Positions 40,034 to 48,780 of a stretch of 64,000 nt of DNA are shown piece by piece (the stretch's first letter is position 1; each line of letters starts with the position of its first letter). The notes under the pieces are model-generated. The model ran no database searches, had not been told where the DNA came from, and saw only the letters and a program-made list of their open reading frames with translations. The position numbers and the translations under genes are program-made. Source of the stretch: Longimicrobiaceae bacterium (GTDB lineage Bacteria; Gemmatimonadota; Gemmatimonadetes; Longimicrobiales; Longimicrobiaceae); assembly GCA_036375715.1 (NCBI GenBank), contig DASVBS010000053.1:148873-212872 (forward strand), read 5' to 3'.

Positions 40034-40337
40034 GGAGACATCGTAGCCGTCGATCCCGCGCGCCGCGAGGGAGCGGAAGGCGGGGACGAGCGTTCCGTCC
40101 GCCTTGTAGGGGAATCCACCACAACAGGTGGGGAGAAATACGACTGTCGGCCCGGAAAGCCCCGTCTATATTTGTGGTATTCCCCCTCTTGCGGCGGCGC
40201 CGGAGCGTGCTTGCCGCGGTCTGGCGCGGGTATCCGCCGCGGGATATAATGCGCGTGCTCCGCGCCCGGCTTCTGAATGTCGCAATGACCGCGCGCGGTC
40301 GCAGCCTTTTCTTTCCGGACACCGAGCCTTGAACGTC

Positions 40338-41450
40338 ATGACGTCACGTGTGGACCTATCGCGGGCGCTGACCGACGCGCAGCTCCGCTCCGGCGCTGGC
40401 CGGGGAGCGTGGCGGAGGATCCGTGGAACCTTCGTCCCGCACTGTACCCGCTGGGCGCCGACTCTGGCCCTGGCGCTGTCGCTCTCCGCCTGCGGTGGAG
40501 CCGAACGCTTTCCGCAGACGTCACTCGATCCGGCGTCAGACATGGCCGTCGCTATCGACCGGCTGCAGGATCTGACGATCTATCTCGCGTTCGGTGTCGG
40601 TCTCTCGGTCTTCCTCATCCTGACCTACATCCTCATCCACTTCCGCTACAAGCCGGGAGACCCGCAGCCCAAGCAGGTTCACGGGAACACTCGCCTGGAG
40701 CTGGCGTGGACGCTGATACCCGCGGTGCTCATCGCCATCATCGCGGTGCCGACGGTGAGGACGATCTTCGCTACCCAGGCCGAGGCTCCCGAGGGGGCGC
40801 TGGAGGTGGAGGTATACGGCTACCAGTGGTGGTGGGAGTTCCGCTATCCGCTCCCCAACGGCGACACCGTGGTTACCGCGAACGAGGTCCATGTGCCGGT
40901 CGGCACCCCGGTCGAGTTGAAGATGACCTCGCGCGACGTCATCCACTCCTTCTGGATCCCCCAGATGGGGGGCAAGCGGGACGTTATCCCGGGGCGCGTG
41001 AACCGCATCATCTTCACCCCGCTCGAGCCGGGCGTCTACCTGGGCCAGTGCGCGGAGTTCTGCGGTGAGTCGCACGCGCTGATGAAGATGCGCTTGATCG
41101 CCCACGAGCCGGAGGAGTTCGCCGCCTGGCTCGAGAACGAGGCTCGTCCGGCGGTCGTCCCGACGGACTCGGCAGTGCTGGTCGGCCAGCAACTCGTCAC
41201 CGGCGGCGTCTGCGCCGGCTGCCACACCATCCGCGGCACCTCGGCCCAGTTCGGGCGTTTGGCTCCCGATCTCACGCACGTCGCGCGGCGGATGACGATT
41301 GCGGGGGGAGTACTGGAAAACAATGCGGCCAACCTGCACCGCTGGATCAACAATCCGCCCGCGGTCAAGCCGGGAGCGAAGATGCCGCCCCCCGGGCTGA
41401 GTGAGCAGGAACTCCGCTACGTCGTCGCCTATCTGCAGACGCTTTACTGA
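40338..41450 (+). CDS. ctaC: cytochrome c oxidase subunit II with fused C-terminal cytochrome c domain (caa3-type)
   Basis: CuA site HSF…CAEFCGESH…M and a C-terminal CAGCH heme motif. Lipobox LSACGG. Confidence 0.85.
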   Translation: MTSRVDLSRALTDAQLRSGAGRGAWRRIRGTFVPHCTRWAPTLALALSLSACGGAERFPQTSLDPASDMAVAIDRLQDLTIYLAFGVGLSVFLILTYILIHFRYKPGDPQPKQVHGNTRLELAWTLIPAVLIAIIAVPTVRTIFATQAEAPEGALEVEVYGYQWWWEFRYPLPNGDTVVTANEVHVPVGTPVELKMTSRDVIHSFWIPQMGGKRDVIPGRVNRIIFTPLEPGVYLGQCAEFCGESHALMKMRLIAHEPEEFAAWLENEARPAVVPTDSAVLVGQQLVTGGVCAGCHTIRGTSAQFGRLAPDLTHVARRMTIAGGVLENNAANLHRWINNPPAVKPGAKMPPPGLSEQELRYVVAYLQTLY

Positions 41451-41459
41451 GGAGTCGTA

Positions 41460-43373
41460 ATGGGAGCGACCACCGTCACGGCAATTCCGGTCCCGACGAA
41501 GGCGTCGGCAAAGTCCGGGATCTGGAGCTGGATCACGACCGTCGATCACAAGCGGATCGGCATCCTGTACTTCTGGACCTCCTTCTGCTTCTTCCTGGTG
41601 GGAGGCCTGGAAGCACTGCTCGTCCGCACGCAGCTGATTGTGCCGGAGAACGACTTCCTGACGGCGGACTTCTACAACCAGATGTTCACCATGCACGCCG
41701 TCACCATGGTGTTCCTGGCACTGATGCCGCTGACGGCCGCGTTCTTCAACTACGTCGTACCGCTGCAGATCGGCGCGCGCGACGTCGCCTTCCCGCGGCT
41801 CAACGCGCTGTCCTACTGGATCTACCTGCTGGGCGGCCTGTTTTCCACGGTGCCCATCTTCTTCGGGCAATTTCCCAATGCGGGCTGGTTCGCTTACGCC
41901 AACCTGACCACACCGCAGTTCTCCACCGGGCTGAACATCGACTTCTACGTGCTCGGCCTGCAGGTGCTCGGCATCTCGTCGATCATCTCGTCGATCAACT
42001 TCATCGTGACGATCCTGAACCTGCGCGCGCCGGGGATGCGGCTGATGCGCATGCCGATCTTCACGTGGATGACGTTGATCACCGCGGTCCTCATCGCCAC
42101 CGCCATGGCGGTGCTGACGATTGCGGTCACCGAGCTGATGTTCGACCGCTTCTTCGGCACGAACTTCTACAACGTGGCGAAGGGCGGCGACCCGGTCCTG
42201 TGGCAGCACCTCTTCTGGATGTTCGGGCACCCCGAGGTGTACATCCTGATTCTGCCGATCTTCGGCATGATCTCCGAGGTGCTCCCCACCTTCGCGCGCA
42301 AGCCGCTCTTCGGCTACAACGTGATGGTCTTCTCGGGGATCCTGATCGGCTGGCTTGGCTGGGGCGTGTGGAGCCACCACATGTTCGCCACCGGCCTCGG
42401 CCCCATCGCCGATGCCTTCTTCGCGATGGGCACGATGCTGATCGCGATCCCCACGGGGATCAAGATCTTCAACTGGCTGGCAACGCTGTGGGGAGGGTCC
42501 ATTCGCTTCACCACCGCCATGCTGTTCGGAACCGCCTTCATCGTGACGTTCACGATCGGCGGCCTCTCCGGGGTGATGCATGCGGTGGCTCCGGCCGACC
42601 TGCAGCAGACCGACACGTACTTCGTGGTGGCCCACATCCACTACGTCTTCTTCGGCGGAACGGTGATGGGACTGTGGGCGGGGATCTACTACTGGTTCCC
42701 GAAGATGTTCGGTCGCCTGCTCGACGAGAAGCTCGGCGTCGTGCACTTCTGGCTCACCTTCATCGGGATGAACCTGACCTTCTTCCCGATGCACTTCCTG
42801 GGGCTGCACGGGATGCCGCGGAGAACCTTCACGTACGCCGACGGCCTCGGCTTCAACGGGATGAACATGCTGGCAACGATCGGATCCTATCTGATCGGCG
42901 CGGCGACGCTCCTCTTCGCCTACAACCTGATCCGTTCCGTGCGGCGTGGGCGGCTGGCCGGCAACAACCCCTGGGGTGCGGCGACGCTCGAGTGGCAGAC
43001 GTCTTCTCCGCCGCCCGAGTACAACTTCGCCGAGATCCCGGTGGTCCGCAGCCGCATGCCGCTCTGGGAGGATGATCCGGTGCTCAAGGCAGGTATCCCG
43101 CACGGGCGCCACCAGGAGGACACCGGGGCGGTCACCCTCGCCGGCCAGGACGTCAGCGAGCTGGAGTATCCGGACGACGAGAGCAAGATGTCGGCGCACG
43201 ACCTGGGGATTCACCTCCCCCCGCCGTCGATCTATCCGATCGTGCTCGCGCTCTGCATCACCATCTTCTTCAGTGGATTCATGATCCACTGGGGCGTCGC
43301 GGTGGCCGCTGCCTTCGCCACCGCGCTGACAATCTTTGCGATGGCGTTCGAGCCCGGGCATAGCGGGCACTGA
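41460..43373 (+). CDS. ctaD: cytochrome c oxidase subunit I
   Basis: 637 aa, 12+ TM helices, canonical His ligands (WFFGHPEVY-type, HHMF…). Confidence 0.9.
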   Translation: MGATTVTAIPVPTKASAKSGIWSWITTVDHKRIGILYFWTSFCFFLVGGLEALLVRTQLIVPENDFLTADFYNQMFTMHAVTMVFLALMPLTAAFFNYVVPLQIGARDVAFPRLNALSYWIYLLGGLFSTVPIFFGQFPNAGWFAYANLTTPQFSTGLNIDFYVLGLQVLGISSIISSINFIVTILNLRAPGMRLMRMPIFTWMTLITAVLIATAMAVLTIAVTELMFDRFFGTNFYNVAKGGDPVLWQHLFWMFGHPEVYILILPIFGMISEVLPTFARKPLFGYNVMVFSGILIGWLGWGVWSHHMFATGLGPIADAFFAMGTMLIAIPTGIKIFNWLATLWGGSIRFTTAMLFGTAFIVTFTIGGLSGVMHAVAPADLQQTDTYFVVAHIHYVFFGGTVMGLWAGIYYWFPKMFGRLLDEKLGVVHFWLTFIGMNLTFFPMHFLGLHGMPRRTFTYADGLGFNGMNMLATIGSYLIGAATLLFAYNLIRSVRRGRLAGNNPWGAATLEWQTSSPPPEYNFAEIPVVRSRMPLWEDDPVLKAGIPHGRHQEDTGAVTLAGQDVSELEYPDDESKMSAHDLGIHLPPPSIYPIVLALCITIFFSGFMIHWGVAVAAAFATALTIFAMAFEPGHSGH

Positions 43374-43380
43374 GGAGGAG

Positions 43381-43502
43381 GGGGTTATCAGTTATCCGTT
43401 GTCCGTTATCCGTTTGGACCGGTCGTCGGATCTTGAGCCTCGAGGAAGCGGCAAAGGATCGTCCTGGGCCGACGGATAACGCATAGCGGATAGCGGATAA
43501 CC
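43381..43502. repeat. heptamer-array inverted-repeat element (TTATCCG-type arms around a 58-bp core)
   Basis: gggttatcagttatccgttgtccgttatccgtt … cggataacgcatagcggatagcggataaccc. Begins 8 nt after the ctaD stop. Confidence 0.55.
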
Positions 43503-43559
43503 CGTTGCCGTAGTCAGACACCGAGTATTCATTCTCTGTACGACCAGCAAGCCAACATC

Positions 43560-44195
43560 GTGAACCATTCCGCCGCACACGCCGCCGATCCGGCACATGT
43601 CGACACCTCGACCGGTGTCGACAGCCGCAAGATGGCGTTCTGGACCTTCATCGGTTCGGAATGCCTCCTGTTCGGCTCGCTGATTGCCACTTACATGGCG
43701 TACAAGGGGGACAGCCTTACGGGGCCGTACCCACACGACACGGTGCTCCCGAGCGGAGAGGTGGTCCAGGGGGTGCTCGACATCCCACTCACCTCCATCA
43801 GCACCGCCGTCCTGCTGTTCAGCAGCCTCTTCATGGTGTTGGGGCTCGCGGCGGTACAGCGCGGCGACCGCAAGCTGTCTACCGTGTGGCTGGGCATGGT
43901 GGCCCTGTTCGGAGCGATCTTCCTGGGCTTCCAGACGTACGAGTTCACCCACTTCTATCACGCGGGACTCACGCTGACGTCGAACCTCTTCGGGTCGACC
44001 TTCTACACGCTGACAGGGTTCCACGGAGCGCACGTCTTCGCCGGCGTCATCTACATGACGACCATGACGGTGATGGCGGCAGCCGGTAAGCTCGGGCCGG
44101 AAAAGTCGCTGAACGTCGAGATCGCAGGCCTCTACTGGCACTTCGTAGACGTGGTCTGGATCGTGATCTTCCCCCTCGTATACCTGATTCCGTAG
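43560..44195 (+). CDS. ctaE: cytochrome c oxidase subunit III
   Basis: 211 aa, multi-TM, conserved subunit III helices. Confidence 0.85.
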   Translation: MNHSAAHAADPAHVDTSTGVDSRKMAFWTFIGSECLLFGSLIATYMAYKGDSLTGPYPHDTVLPSGEVVQGVLDIPLTSISTAVLLFSSLFMVLGLAAVQRGDRKLSTVWLGMVALFGAIFLGFQTYEFTHFYHAGLTLTSNLFGSTFYTLTGFHGAHVFAGVIYMTTMTVMAAAGKLGPEKSLNVEIAGLYWHFVDVVWIVIFPLVYLIP

Positions 44196-44202
44196 AGGCC
44201 GG

Positions 44203-44532
44203 ATGAGCAGCGAAACGCGCGAAATCATGCATGACCAGCACTCGCATCCGGTGCACGGCACGAGGACGTACTGGACCATCGGCGCGATCCTGTTCGTCGT
44301 CACCGCGGCCGAGATCTTCGCCTACTACATCGAGAATCAGCTCGGTCCCATGGCGGTTCCGACGATTCTGATTCTCTCCGCGGCGAAGTTCGCGCTGGTC
44401 GTGATGTTCTACATGCACCTGAAGTACGACAGCAAGGTCTTCACGGGCATCTTCCTGTTCCCGTTCGCGCTGGCGACGCTCGTGATCGTCTCGCTGACCC
44501 TGCTGTACCACCTGCTGCATCCGTTGCGGTAA
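44203..44532 (+). CDS. ctaF: cytochrome c oxidase subunit IV (caa3-type small subunit)
   Basis: 109 aa with three TM helices, directly after ctaE. Confidence 0.6.
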   Translation: MSSETREIMHDQHSHPVHGTRTYWTIGAILFVVTAAEIFAYYIENQLGPMAVPTILILSAAKFALVVMFYMHLKYDSKVFTGIFLFPFALATLVIVSLTLLYHLLHPLR

Positions 44533-44544
44533 CCACGAAGCTCA

Positions 44545-45435
44545 ATGCTGTCGCTTGCCCTTCTGCACGCCGGCACTTTTTCCTGGAGCGATTGGAGGCT
44601 GTATCCGTCGTTTCTGGTGGGGTGGCTGCTGTTCGGAGGGGCCTACTATCTCTTCGCGGGGCCGCTGCGACGCTACTTCCCGGGCTCCGAGCCGGTGCCG
44701 CTGGCGAAGATCGTCAGCTTCACCCTCGGCCTGCTGATCATGCTCGTGTCGCTGCAGGGCCCGCTGCACGAGCTCTCCGACTATTTCCTCTTCAGCGCAC
44801 ACATGGTCCAGCATCTCGGCGTGATGCTGGTCATGCCGCCGTTCCTGCTCTACGGCACTCCGGACTGGATGCTGCGTCCGGTCGTCCGCTGGCGCCCGAT
44901 CCTCCGCCTTGCTCGATGGGTATCGCTGCCGCTGGTGGCCTTCGCGCTGAACAACGTCATCTTCGGTGCCTGGCACTTCCCCGGCCCGTACGATCTGATG
45001 ATGCGGAACCACGACGTACACGTGGTGATGCACCTGATGATCATGGTCACGGGCACGATCATGTGGTGGCCCGTGTTGAGCCCTTTGCCGGAGGTGCCAC
45101 GCATCGCCCCGCCGCTACAGATGATCTATCTGTTCGTGCTGGGGATTCCGATGATGGTGGTGGCGGCGCTGATCACCTTCTCGGACAACGCCCTCTACAC
45201 CTGGTACGCTGCCGCGCCGCGAATCTTCTCACTCGACGTGTTGGAGGATCAGCGACTCGGTGGGGTGATCATGTGGGTACCCGGGGGGCTCGTGATCTGG
45301 CTAGCGATCACTTTCGTCTACTTCCGCTGGACGAACCGCGAGAAGGCGATCGAGGAAGCGGAGAAAGAGCAGCAGCGCACCAGGGTGGATCGCAGCCGCC
45401 TCGTCATCTCGCCACCACCGTTTCCTGATCGTTGA
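44545..45435 (+). CDS. ctaG: cytochrome c oxidase caa3 assembly factor (CtaG/Caa3_CtaG family membrane protein)
   Basis: Multi-TM protein positioned after ctaCDEF, as in Bacillus-type operons. Confidence 0.6.
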   Translation: MLSLALLHAGTFSWSDWRLYPSFLVGWLLFGGAYYLFAGPLRRYFPGSEPVPLAKIVSFTLGLLIMLVSLQGPLHELSDYFLFSAHMVQHLGVMLVMPPFLLYGTPDWMLRPVVRWRPILRLARWVSLPLVAFALNNVIFGAWHFPGPYDLMMRNHDVHVVMHLMIMVTGTIMWWPVLSPLPEVPRIAPPLQMIYLFVLGIPMMVVAALITFSDNALYTWYAAAPRIFSLDVLEDQRLGGVIMWVPGGLVIWLAITFVYFRWTNREKAIEEAEKEQQRTRVDRSRLVISPPPFPDR

Positions 45436-45556
45436 GAGGGCGGGGGTCCGTTGGCTGTTGACGGACCCTGTTGCTCACACCCCATCGCCGGACGACGCTG
45501 CAAGGTCGGGCACCCCCCGACCTTCGTAGCAACTATACTGAAAGCTTCCAGTATCG

Positions 45557-48058
45557 ATGCCGATTCCGCGTCCGACTCGGATATTGCCGATTCTGCTGCT
45601 CCTCGCCCCCGCCGCGTGCGGCTCGCCTCAGCCCCGTCCTTCGCCCGAGCCCCCCGAGGTCACCACAGTAGCGCACGTGCACTCCATCGAGGACGCCCTC
45701 GCCAGCTTTCGTCTTCCTGAGGGTTACCGGGTCGAGGTAGTCGCGTACGAGCCCATGGTCCAGGACCCCGTGGCGATTGACTTCGACGCCGACGGCCGCA
45801 TGTACGTGGTGGAGATGCGCGGCTACATGCCCGACATCTCGGGTGAGAACGAGGATCGCCGCAACGGTCGTATCGTGGTCCTCGAGGATACCAACTGGGA
45901 CGGGCTGATGGATCGCCGCACGGTGTTCATGGACAGCCTCGTCCTGCCGCGAGCGGTCAAGGTCCTGGAGCACGGGGTGCTCGTCGCGGCCACACCGTAC
46001 CTGTGGCTCGCTCGCGATCTGGATGGCGACCTCCGCGCGGATTCGATCGAGCTCATTCGAGGCGACTACGGCTCAACCCGCTCCAACCCGGAGCACAACG
46101 CCAACGGCCTGCTCTGGGGGATCGACAACTGGATCAAGAACGCGAATTACGCCGGCGAATTCCGTTTGCGACCGGACGGAACGTTCGAGTTCCGCAAGAC
46201 CCCCGCGCAGGGTCAGTGGGGGGTCTCTATGGACGACTACGGCCGCCTCTACCGCAACAGTAACGAGGATCCGCTCCGGGCAGACCTCATCCCTGCGCAC
46301 TACGCCACTCGCAATCCCGACCAGGGGAGCATCGCGGGTGTCTATCATCGGCTGACCCCGAACGTCCCGGTGTGGCCCGCACGTCCGACCCCCGCGGTGA
46401 ACCGCGGGTACCGGGACCGCACCCTGCGTCCGGATAGCACCCTGGCCCATTACACTTCGGCCGGGAGCCCCACCGCCTACGTGGGAGATCGGCTGCCGGA
46501 AGAGCTCCGCAACACCGTGTTCGTCACCGAATCCGCGGGCAATCTGGTGGGTCGCTTCGTGGTGGAGGAGGGAGAGGACGGCTTCCCGGTCGCCCGTCGC
46601 GACCGCCCGGAGGCAGACTTCATGACCTCCACCGATCAGCGCTTCCGCCCGGTCAACCTCGCTACCGCCCCCGACGGCACACTCTACGTAGTCGACATGT
46701 ATCGGGGGATCATCCAGCACCGCGTCTACATCACAGGGTATCTGGAGGACCAGATCCGGGCCCGCCAGATGGAGCAGCCCACTGGGCTGGGGCGGATCTA
46801 CCGCATCGTCCACGAGTCGACCAAACGCGACAAGCGACCTCGACTCTCACGGCGCACACCCCCGCAGCTCGTGGACTACCTCGGCCACCCCAACGGCTGG
46901 TGGCGGATCACGGCACAGCGCCTGATCGTCGAGCGCAACGACTCTTCGGTGGCGCCGGCGCTGCGCGCGCGAGTGCGCTCCGCAGTGGATGACCGCGAGC
47001 GCCTCCACGCGCTCTGGACGCTCGACGGCCTTGGGGCTGCGGATCGCGCAACCGTAGTGACCGCACTCGGTGACGAATCTCCGCACGTGCGCGCCGCCGC
47101 AGTGCGCATTGCCGAGCCCTGGCTGCGGCAAGGGGACGCCGCGGCCACGGCGGCAGTGATGCGGCTCATGGAGGACTCGACCTTTCTCGTGCGACGACAG
47201 GTAGCAGCTTCACTCGGTGAACTGCCCACCGATCGGCGCGAGAATGTCCTCTTCCAGGTGGCCACCCGGGCGGGTAATGACCCGGTCGTCGCAGACCTGG
47301 TGGTAAGCGCGCTTGCCGGTCGCGAGGTGGAGTTCCTGGAGCGGCTCGCAAGCGCCGCTCATTCGGAGACGGCTGCAAGGACGATGCGTTCGCTGGCCGC
47401 CACCATTGCACGAAAGCGAGATCCCGAGGAGCTGCAGCGGGTGCTCTCGCTGGCGACGGAGGCCGACGAGCCGCGCTGGCAGCAAGTCGCCTTGTTGGAG
47501 GGGATCCGGCCGGAGGGAGGACGCGGACGCGGCGGTGCCGCTACGAAGCTCCCTGCGCCGCCGCGCGCGCTGCAGGCGCTCACGGAGAGCTCGGACCAGG
47601 AGCTTCGCGAGCTCGCAACGGCCGTCGCGGCCAGCCTCACCTGGCCTGGCAAGCCTCAGCCGGAAGCTCCTCCCGTACGGGAGCTGACTCCGGACGAGCA
47701 GCGACTGTTCGTCCTGGGTGGGCAGATCTACTCCGCTCAGTGTGCCGCCTGCCACCAGCCGGATGGCGAGGGGATGGAAGGCGTCGCCAAGCGCCTCGTC
47801 GGCTCGCGCTGGGCACTTTCCTCACCGAACCAGGTGATCCGGATTCTCCTGCACGGCAAGGAGGGCGAGATGCTGATGCCCCCTCTCGGCGCCTCGATGA
47901 GCGACGAGGAGGTCGCAGCCGTCCTCACCTACGTGAGGCGCTCGTGGGGGAACACTGGCAGCCCGATCAGCCCCGACCAGGTGAGCGAGGCCCGGGGAGA
48001 ATCGGGGAACCGCTCGCGAGCGTGGACGGAAGAGGAGCTGGAGGAGATGGGGCGCTAG
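45557..48058 (+). CDS. PVC-type heme-binding protein: beta-propeller (membrane-bound dehydrogenase-like) + HEAT repeats + C-terminal CxxCH cytochrome c domain
   Basis: Lipobox LAPAACG, HEAT-like helical repeats (…HVRAAAVRIAEP…), and a C-terminal CAACHQPDGEG heme motif. Confidence 0.6.
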   Translation: MPIPRPTRILPILLLLAPAACGSPQPRPSPEPPEVTTVAHVHSIEDALASFRLPEGYRVEVVAYEPMVQDPVAIDFDADGRMYVVEMRGYMPDISGENEDRRNGRIVVLEDTNWDGLMDRRTVFMDSLVLPRAVKVLEHGVLVAATPYLWLARDLDGDLRADSIELIRGDYGSTRSNPEHNANGLLWGIDNWIKNANYAGEFRLRPDGTFEFRKTPAQGQWGVSMDDYGRLYRNSNEDPLRADLIPAHYATRNPDQGSIAGVYHRLTPNVPVWPARPTPAVNRGYRDRTLRPDSTLAHYTSAGSPTAYVGDRLPEELRNTVFVTESAGNLVGRFVVEEGEDGFPVARRDRPEADFMTSTDQRFRPVNLATAPDGTLYVVDMYRGIIQHRVYITGYLEDQIRARQMEQPTGLGRIYRIVHESTKRDKRPRLSRRTPPQLVDYLGHPNGWWRITAQRLIVERNDSSVAPALRARVRSAVDDRERLHALWTLDGLGAADRATVVTALGDESPHVRAAAVRIAEPWLRQGDAAATAAVMRLMEDSTFLVRRQVAASLGELPTDRRENVLFQVATRAGNDPVVADLVVSALAGREVEFLERLASAAHSETAARTMRSLAATIARKRDPEELQRVLSLATEADEPRWQQVALLEGIRPEGGRGRGGAATKLPAPPRALQALTESSDQELRELATAVAASLTWPGKPQPEAPPVRELTPDEQRLFVLGGQIYSAQCAACHQPDGEGMEGVAKRLVGSRWALSSPNQVIRILLHGKEGEMLMPPLGASMSDEEVAAVLTYVRRSWGNTGSPISPDQVSEARGESGNRSRAWTEEELEEMGR

Positions 48059-48780
48059 CTGCCGGCGAAGATCGCGCGAGCCTCCGCGAGCTGCTCCGGC
48101 TTCCCGATGTCGATCCACTGATAGCCGTCAATGCGGAAGGGGAGGATGCGCTCCCCCTCCTCGACCAGACGCAGGTAGGGCTCGAGGATCGAGAACGCAC
48201 CACGCTCGTGCAGCAGCCGCGGGAAGCGCGGGTCGATCACGTGAACTCCTGCGAACGCCAATCGCGTTTCCTGCCCTACCGGCTCGCGAGTGATGAGCCG
48301 GATTTCTTTTCGTTCATCGACCCGGCCGAACAACCCGTCCTCGTCGAACAACAGGTACCGCGTCGACGGGCGCGCCATCACCGCCAGCGTGGCCAGCGCA
48401 CCTGACCGCAGGTGCTGGCGGTACATCTCTGAAAGTGGCAGGTCGCTGAGGATGTCAGCGTTGTGCAGGAAGAACGGCGCGTCTGCGCGGAGAAGCCCGC
48501 GCGCCTTCAGAATGGCTCCACCCGTCTCCAGGGCCCCCTTGGCCTCTTCCGAGAACACCACCTCGACCCCGAAGGACTCCATCTCGGTGACATACTCCCG
48601 GATGCGATCGCCCAGGTGGTGAAGGTTGATGATCAGCCGATCGGCTCCCGCCTCGATCAGCCGGTGCGCCACCCGGCCCAGGATGGGCATGCCACCCACC
48701 TCGATGAGCGCTTTGGGGATTCGGTCCGTCAGCGGGCGAAGTCGGGTACCCAAACCCGCCGCCAGGATCATCGCGTCCAT
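48055..48780 (-). CDS. murU: nucleotidyltransferase, MurNAc-alpha-1-P uridylyltransferase-like
   Basis: ILAAGLGTRLRPLT NTP-transferase motif. Immediately downstream of the amgK-like gene. Confidence 0.65.
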   Translation of the reverse strand: MDAMILAAGLGTRLRPLTDRIPKALIEVGGMPILGRVAHRLIEAGADRLIINLHHLGDRIREYVTEMESFGVEVVFSEEAKGALETGGAILKARGLLRADAPFFLHNADILSDLPLSEMYRQHLRSGALATLAVMARPSTRYLLFDEDGLFGRVDERKEIRLITREPVGQETRLAFAGVHVIDPRFPRLLHERGAFSILEPYLRLVEEGERILPFRIDGYQWIDIGKPEQLAEARAIFAGS

